From: an uncultured virus (IMG/VR IMGVR_UViG_3300007754_000006) | Taxonomy: Duplodnaviria; Heunggongvirae; Uroviricota; Caudoviricetes | DNA: 20,000 nt | IMG/VR virus record: IMGVR_UViG_3300007754_000006 | Reading direction: 5' to 3' (one strand) | Part shown: one piece after another, positions 14,958-20,000 of the stretch | Position numbering within the stretch: the first letter of the stretch is position 1 | Layout: every line of letters begins with the position of its first letter | Program-made: the position numbers and the translations under genes | The notes under the pieces: model-generated | The model's database searches: none | What the model was told of the DNA's origin: nothing | Seen by the model: the letters and a program-made list of their open reading frames with translations, nothing else

Positions 14958-15105
14958 TGGTGGGGAAGGAAGGACTCGAACCTTCAAGCGTGTAGGCTGA
15001 TGCCGGAGCTACCTGGGTTGATTCAGATAGCGAGTGGCGCAGCGAGAAGAGTCTTGCGACCCGGTTCCCAAAACCGGTGGCGGATCCATACCGCCATTCT
15101 TCCCC
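14958..15105 (-). ncRNA. 148-nt tRNA-like RNA, anticodon TGG (Pro), 6-bp D stem, 75-nt variable region
   Basis: GGGGAAG/CTTCCCC-A-CCA; TGGCGG/CCGCCA; CCGGT TT TGG GA ACCGG; GAAGG TTCGAGT CCTTC; insert at 14986-15060. Confidence 0.88.
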
Positions 15106-15184
15106 AAAGTGTTTTGAAAGAGCGTCGGGGCGTTTCCCGACTGACAAGAACTAATACCGGTTCTCGTCTGGAAAACCCCTCTTT

Positions 15185-15418
15185 TCAAGAAAGAGCGGCT
15201 TGGACGTAGCTGATGACGTCCCCAACTGTGAACAGGTTCTCGGCGTCCTCGTCCGAGATCTGGATCTTGAACTCGGTCTCGAGATTGATCGCCAGGTCAA
15301 CTCGGTCCAGGCTGTCCGCTCCAAGATCATCCACGAGATCCGCCCCTGGGGCTGCCTCCTCGGGGGCGACTCGGAGCAGGTGGGTGATCAGCTCTACGAC
15401 GCGGGACTCAATCTTCAC
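15185..15418 (-). CDS. acpP: Acyl carrier protein
   Basis: GTG at 15418 after GAGGGG; DDLGADSLD phosphopantetheine site, LETEFKIQISDEDAE, TVGDVISYV. Confidence 0.93.
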   Translation of the reverse strand: MKIESRVVELITHLLRVAPEEAAPGADLVDDLGADSLDRVDLAINLETEFKIQISDEDAENLFTVGDVISYVQAALS

Positions 15419-15854
15419 GGGGATTCCCCTCACAGGAGACGGCCGGAGGGCCAATGAAGAATCCCCGACCGCCGGACAGTTGGATGTGTGTGTTGGAAAC
15501 GGGGGTCTGGGCAAAGCGAACCAGGAGCCCATCCCCACCGTTCTCCCGGAGCTTGTCGTTGGTGCACCGAGTCTCCTCTCTGAAAGGGCAGTCACCGCAG
15601 ACCAGGATGAACTTGCCCGGACCTCCGCGAGACCACTGCACCTTCCTGTAGAGGCGCTCGTGCTCTGTGATGACGGGTTCACACTTCCGACACAGGAGGA
15701 CTACAGGAGCCCTGTCTGGGAAGGAGTCATCCTCATCCGCCTCGGCCCACATGTTCATTGAGCAGATGTCGTCCTTCTCTACACCGCACGCCTGGCAGAG
15801 AAGAAAGCTGTTGTCAGGGATTGGGTACGGGAGGTCTTCCGTCAGTCTTCGCAT
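15408..15854 (-). CDS. Cys-rich hypothetical protein
   Basis: CQAC, CRKC and CGDC motifs; AGGA RBS. Confidence 0.7.
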   Translation of the reverse strand: MRRLTEDLPYPIPDNSFLLCQACGVEKDDICSMNMWAEADEDDSFPDRAPVVLLCRKCEPVITEHERLYRKVQWSRGGPGKFILVCGDCPFREETRCTNDKLRENGGDGLLVRFAQTPVSNTHIQLSGGRGFFIGPPAVSCEGNPRED

Positions 15855-16056
15855 CGTGGTTCCTGTCCTTCCAGAACTTCTCCCCCGTTCTTACCTCCCT
15901 TCGGTCCTCCCAGGAGGCACTACTGGGCTCCATAGAGGCCCCCAGACAGCCTGTTACTCGGGAGCACCCGCAGGTCTGCCCGCAGATCAGTGGGCGCTGT
16001 AGGAGGGGCGCCAGGGCCCTCCCCAGGGAGGTGTGCCAGAAGGTCGGCTCTCTCAC
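15814..16056 (-). CDS. Hypothetical protein
   Basis: GTG overlaps the dNK stop; GGAGG RBS; CGQTCGC. Confidence 0.5.
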   Translation of the reverse strand: MREPTFWHTSLGRALAPLLQRPLICGQTCGCSRVTGCLGASMEPSSASWEDRREVRTGEKFWKDRNHDAKTDGRPPVPNP

Positions 16057-16781
16057 AGCCCCCTCCGATGTAGATCGAGGAATCCAGGATGGGGGGTCGC
16101 CATGTTCCGGACTCGAGAAGCCAGGGCTTCGACGGCGCTTCGCCGGGACTCCGGGGTTCCCTTGTCATCATCCCACGGAACATCCAGTATGGCCACCCCC
16201 CGCTTGCTCAGGACTCCGACCATGTGGTCGATCTCCCGCTCCAGTCCCTTGAGATACTCGAGGTCGATGGCCTGTTCGCACTTCCGGCCGGTCTCGAGCT
16301 CCATCCGTCGTCGGATCCGCTCGTTGCAGATCTCCGGGCGGGTCAGGATCCGCAAGCAGATGGTAGGCACCTTCACGAAAGCAGTCATGATGTCGTAGAG
16401 GTCTGCGTAGGAAGCGAACTCCCGCTCTTCCATGAGCCCCATCTGCAGCTGGAGGTGTGCGAAGGCTGTGTCTCCATAGAAGCTGCGGTCCAGGACTGCG
16501 TGACCCAAGCCTTGCATCACGAAGCTCTGGGCGTGGAGATGCATCCGGAACCGGGCCGTGAGCTGATGGGTCTGCAGGGTGTACGCCCATCGAGCGGGAT
16601 CCTCGTAGTAGTCTGCCAGGTACGGGTTCCCCCCTCCCTGGTCAGTCCCTCCCTTCTCGTCCGGCTCGAAGAGGGTCAGAGTGGTGGGGCCGAGCGCCTC
16701 CCCAAGTTCGCGTGCTAACGTGGTCTTCCCTGAGCCAATCAGACCCTCGACGATCACGACCTTGTTTTGGGAGTGCTGCAT
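16053..16781 (-). CDS. Deoxynucleoside kinase
   Basis: VEGLIGSGKTT P-loop, FEP, YEDPARWAY, LDRSFYGD, ERIRRR....GRKCE, LEYLKGL. Confidence 0.93.
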   Translation of the reverse strand: MQHSQNKVVIVEGLIGSGKTTLARELGEALGPTTLTLFEPDEKGGTDQGGGNPYLADYYEDPARWAYTLQTHQLTARFRMHLHAQSFVMQGLGHAVLDRSFYGDTAFAHLQLQMGLMEEREFASYADLYDIMTAFVKVPTICLRILTRPEICNERIRRRMELETGRKCEQAIDLEYLKGLEREIDHMVGVLSKRGVAILDVPWDDDKGTPESRRSAVEALASRVRNMATPHPGFLDLHRRGL

Positions 16782-18042
16782 GCTGTGGTTCCTTCTTCCG
16801 GACTTCGGGGTGTGGGATCTTGTTGCGGAGACAATACCTGCGAAGACGGTGCGCCAGTAGTCTTCGGTTCTCTTCGGTTGGGTCCATCCCCTTCTTGGTA
16901 CATACCTCAGCCCAACTCAGCCCCTGGCTACGGAGGGTCCACAGATCAGAGGCGTCCATCCGACCGTAGTCGTAGTGGGACCGGGCGCTCCATCCTCTCT
17001 TCTTCCATGCTGTGTATAGGGCGCTGGTGACAACCCCGAACTCAGCCGCGAGGTCCTCGGTCTTCTCCCCTTCCAAGCGTCGTCGCCAGGTATCTGCAAC
17101 ATCCTTGGGGGTCAGGATACCTTGGATACGGGGAATGTCAGTGATCAGGCCTTGGGCTCCCCATTGAGCACGGAGAGCATTGGGCGACACACCGAACTCG
17201 GCAGCCAAGTCACAGGTCTTCTCCCCTGCCTCTCTCCGGCGCCGGGATTCCTTGAGCTCCTTCATGGTCCATTGGCGACCCGGCGTGCGATTGTCTGGTC
17301 TCTTCCCGAGTAGGCGCTTCCAGGCATGGAGGAGTGCTCCAGAACTGGTTCCAAGTTCGGCCGCCAGACTCGCGGAGCTCTCCCCCTCTTGGTATCTGTC
17401 CCAAGTGGTCTGAGCCTCCTCCATGGTCCATCTCCGCTGGCCTCCCGTCTGCTTTCCCAAGTAGCGGAGCCAGGCACTGCGGAGGCTCTCGGGAGACACT
17501 CCAAGCTCCCGAGCCATATCGGAGCAGGCCTCTCCGTTCTCCCAGCGGGCCCAAGTGGTCTCGCATATCTCCAGGGACCAGGAGTACTGGTTATCTGGGC
17601 TCTTCCCCAGGTGGTACTTCCACGCAGAGCGCATGCTCTTCTGACAGACCCCGAGATCCCGCGCGATATGGCTGGACTTCTCCCCGGACACATACCGATC
17701 CCAGGTCTCCCGGGCGAGCTTCTTGGTCCAGCTGGACCACTTGATGGTGTTCTTTCCAAGGACCCGTTTCCAGGCCCTGCGGAGGGAATCAGGTGTCTCT
17801 CCGATCTCGGATGCCAACTCTGCGGGGCTCTCCCCCTTTTCGTGACGCTTCCAGAGCTCCAGACACCTTTCCTTGTTCCAGAACTTCTTGGGAAGCCCCC
17901 CGAACTCCTTCCTCCACCAGTAGTAGAGGGTCGTCACCTTCATGCCGGCTTCTCCCGCCAGCTCTTTGGTTGATTCTCGAGCTTCCCGGCGCCGATAGAG
18001 ATCCTGTAGGAACTCTCGGCTGGGCCTTGGTTTTTTGGCCAA
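16642..18042 (-). CDS. Tandem helix-turn-helix repeat protein (7-8 repeats of about 50 aa)
   Basis: Repeats W.......W.R...GE....LA.ELG.S..SLR.AW...LGK; TTG start after GGGGAG; C-terminal tail overlaps the dNK gene. Confidence 0.85.
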   Translation of the reverse strand: MAKKPRPSREFLQDLYRRREARESTKELAGEAGMKVTTLYYWWRKEFGGLPKKFWNKERCLELWKRHEKGESPAELASEIGETPDSLRRAWKRVLGKNTIKWSSWTKKLARETWDRYVSGEKSSHIARDLGVCQKSMRSAWKYHLGKSPDNQYSWSLEICETTWARWENGEACSDMARELGVSPESLRSAWLRYLGKQTGGQRRWTMEEAQTTWDRYQEGESSASLAAELGTSSGALLHAWKRLLGKRPDNRTPGRQWTMKELKESRRRREAGEKTCDLAAEFGVSPNALRAQWGAQGLITDIPRIQGILTPKDVADTWRRRLEGEKTEDLAAEFGVVTSALYTAWKKRGWSARSHYDYGRMDASDLWTLRSQGLSWAEVCTKKGMDPTEENRRLLAHRLRRYCLRNKIPHPEVRKKEPQHAALPKQGRDRRGSDWLREDHVSTRTWGGARPHHSDPLRAGREGRD

Positions 18043-18059
18043 CTCTCCCCCCGAAGAGG

Positions 18060-18773
18060 CTACTGATTTTCGAAGCGTGGGTCCTTGGGTCCCTCTACCT
18101 CAGTGACCTCGATGCCTTGGTCCGTCAGGTAGTCGGCTCCATCCTTCCCGCCCAGATAACCGTCGCCGACCACGAACACCCGGGAGATCCCCGCGTGGTG
18201 TATCAGCTTGGCGCACATCATACAGGGCTCGGCCAAGACGATAAGCCAAGCACCCGTGGTCTTTATCCCCCCTGCCGCTGCGTTGCAGATGACGTTCATC
18301 TCGGCGTGGTGGCAGCCACGTTCCATCCGGGTTCCGGACTCGATGGGCGGGTGCTGTGCCACGAACTCCTGGGCCCACTCCTCCGCCTTCCTCTTGGCGT
18401 GGCCTGGCTCGAGCTTCTCGGTGATGTTGTGGAGGCTTTCCCAGTGGAGAGCCTCGCTATCCGGTACTCCCTCTGGCGACTTCGGGAACACACCCATCCC
18501 CTTTACGCTGTGCGTTCCTCCTCCTCGGAGAGGAGGGTAGGTCCAGGAAACCCGGATCTCGAGGTCGTCCATTGTGACCCCGTCCCGCTCACACCAGAAA
18601 CCTCGACAGAGCGTTCCATTGGCTCCCCGAGGACCTCCGTTGTACCCGTCGGCGAGGATCACGTTCCTCTTGGGATCCAGGAGGAGGGCTGCCAGCTTGC
18701 GACGGGGGCAATGAGAGGCGCCAGCCAAGGCCAGGCACTGCTGTATCCGGATCTCGATATGTCGTTGTTTCAT
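18060..18773 (-). CDS. dCMP deaminase with an internal insertion
   Basis: SHCPRR, GYNG, HAEMN, PCMMCAKLI. Confidence 0.93.
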   Translation of the reverse strand: MKQRHIEIRIQQCLALAGASHCPRRKLAALLLDPKRNVILADGYNGGPRGANGTLCRGFWCERDGVTMDDLEIRVSWTYPPLRGGGTHSVKGMGVFPKSPEGVPDSEALHWESLHNITEKLEPGHAKRKAEEWAQEFVAQHPPIESGTRMERGCHHAEMNVICNAAAGGIKTTGAWLIVLAEPCMMCAKLIHHAGISRVFVVGDGYLGGKDGADYLTDQGIEVTEVEGPKDPRFENQ

Positions 18774-18847
18774 GCAGGCAACATACCGTGTGGGGATTGA
18801 AACGGTAACCGGGCTATCTGTGGGCCTGGCTGAATCCGGAGTTCTCG

Positions 18848-19174
18848 ATGAGTCTCAAGACGATCCTGGCCAGCGAAGGAATCTCCAAGGAATCCTATCG
18901 ACGCCGCTCCTACGTGAATCTCGGCGAGGTGGAGACCCCTCGGGCGGGCCTTCTCGCGGATGTCGAGATCGAGGGATTCATCTTTGAAGCGGGTCGGGAC
19001 AGTGAGTTCGACATCACCACCATCGACTTCGTGGACGAGGCGGAGAACCAGCGCTCGATGAGGGAGCGTGAGTTCCTGCGCTTCACAGGTCTCCGTGAGG
19101 CGCAGATCATGGAGATGATCTGGGACGAGTTCCAGGCGCAGAATGAGGCCCGCTACGAGGACATGTACCGGTAG
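18848..19174 (+). CDS. Hypothetical acidic protein with MSLKTILASEG leader
   Basis: GGAG RBS; N-terminus shared with the 7163 gene. Confidence 0.8.
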   Translation: MSLKTILASEGISKESYRRRSYVNLGEVETPRAGLLADVEIEGFIFEAGRDSEFDITTIDFVDEAENQRSMREREFLRFTGLREAQIMEMIWDEFQAQNEARYEDMYR

Positions 19175-19273
19175 CGGGACTATTCCCCGTAGACCGGTAG
19201 CGGGACTATTCCCCGTAGACCGGTAGCGGGACTATTCCCCGTAGACCGGTAGCGGGACTATTCCCCGTAGACC
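19167..19273 (+). repeat. Tandem repeat, 26 bp x 4 (plus 3 nt)
   Basis: ACCGGTAGCGGGACTATTCCCCGTAG at 19167, 19193, 19219 and 19245, with no spacers. Confidence 0.97.
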
Positions 19274-19276
19274 TGC

Positions 19277-19360
19277 ACCGAGGTTCTCATGTCCCGCTCC
19301 ATCCTATCCTCCCAAGACCGAGGTTCTCATGTCCCGCTCCATCCTATCCTCCCAAGACCG
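19277..19360 (+). repeat. Tandem duplication, 40 bp x 2 (plus 4 nt), of the RBS, ATG and first codons
   Basis: ACCGAGGTTCTCATGTCCCGCTCCATCCTATCCTCCCAAG at 19277 and 19317. Confidence 0.97.
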
Positions 19361-19751
19361 TGGCTCCCTCATTCGTCTCGCTCGGAGTCTCCCGGCGGGC
19401 GACGAGACCCGACGCGCTGTCCTCGCCGGGATGTGGAAGAACCAGGAGAAGGAGCAAGCAGCTCTCCAGGTGGTTCTGAGTGACATCTTTCGAGGTCCTC
19501 TGAACCACGGAGCGATGACCCGGCTGGAGAGGCTGGCCAAGGATGCCCCCGCCTACATGATCCTCGAGGGGATCAAGTCGTGGTCGGACGATGAGGACAA
19601 CCTGGAGGATTACCCCCAAGCTCGGGTAGTGGCCCAGGCCATCTCCGTAGCGGAGCGTTCGGTAGGTCGTATCCCTTCAGGGTCTGTGTACCGGCTCGAA
19701 GGAGAGGCGCGGATGACGGCCAATCTCCTGGATGAGATCTTCGGGGAGTGA
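19329..19751 (+). CDS. Hypothetical protein
   Basis: GAGG RBS; 140 aa starting MSRSILSSQDRGSLIRLARSLPAG. Confidence 0.8.
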   Translation: MSRSILSSQDRGSLIRLARSLPAGDETRRAVLAGMWKNQEKEQAALQVVLSDIFRGPLNHGAMTRLERLAKDAPAYMILEGIKSWSDDEDNLEDYPQARVVAQAISVAERSVGRIPSGSVYRLEGEARMTANLLDEIFGE

Positions 19752-19753
19752 GT

Positions 19754-19937
19754 TCAGCAGCCCAGTAAGGCAGCCCCGACCACCATCGGATCGTGTCCTG
19801 AGCTCTCGAGGATCTCCAGGTCCTCCATCTTCCGACGGACCCACGGGTATCCGATGGCGTCTTCGAGAAGGACGTCGAACTCCTTGCCAGGGGTTCCAGG
19901 TATGCTCGGTCCACTCGATTCCGGTTGTATCACCCAT
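19754..19937 (-). pseudogene. Truncated DUF5131 (phage Gp37/Gp68-like) gene joined out of frame to the 3' end of another gene
   Basis: GGAGG RBS and MGDTTGIEWTEHTWNPWQG, but the expected C..VS.GC..CYA does not follow. A second frame reads EFDVLLEDAIGYPW...AALLGC-stop. Confidence 0.7.
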
Positions 19938-20000
19938 CTTCGTTGACCTCCAGACCCGAGGTTACCGGGCCTTCCAAGACCTGGTTGAGTTCTTCCAGGA

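Noticed and set aside
14280..14960. Theta (HDV-like) or hammerhead ribozymes in tRNA trailers
   Set aside because: No nested double-pseudoknot pattern or CUGANGA/GAAA core found by eye; a descriptor search would be needed to exclude them fully.
14288..15105. Calling the two giant RNAs tRNA-Sec, allo-tRNA or tmRNA
   Set aside because: They share a 6-bp D stem with tRNA-Sec but have a 7/5 acceptor/T fold and no UCA anticodon. Unlike tmRNA they have D and anticodon stems, no G3-U70 and no tag ORF.
14519..15209. Short ORFs across the RNA cluster
   Set aside because: They overlap structured RNA genes and show no protein-like features.
19167..19360. CRISPR array
   Set aside because: The repeats are directly adjacent with no unique spacers, and no cas genes are present.

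Overview
GC-rich, gene-dense window that most likely comes from a large (jumbo/huge) bacteriophage. This is inferred from mostly short orphan ORFs, scattered nucleotide and lipid metabolism genes (adenylate kinase, PyrF, deoxynucleoside kinase, dCMP deaminase, acyl carrier protein), an HNH nuclease, a Vsr-type endonuclease, a ThiF/E1-like enzyme, a poly-HTH protein and tRNA genes. The main finding is the minus-strand RNA cluster at 13.05-15.1 kb. Four tRNA bodies (anticodons CGT, ATT, CAC, TGG) each carry the same covarying RNA module: left strand CTC-GCTS-N4-MCTC-GC, right strand GC-Y3/4-N5-SAGC-CTACANGC. In two RNAs the module forms a 72-75 nt variable arm. In the other two it is circularly permuted and clamps the 5' and 3' ends. 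All four units are 142-148 nt. Other observations: an endonuclease gene lying between the halves of a broken tRNA-Arg next to an intact tRNA-Arg(UCU); repeated hairpins that bury ribosome-binding sites, combined with a GGTA promoter-like motif; a stand-alone CysRS anticodon-binding-like domain; two proteins sharing an MSLKxILASE leader; and tandem duplications of a promoter-like motif and of an RBS. All calls come from reading the sequence by eye; no database searches were run.
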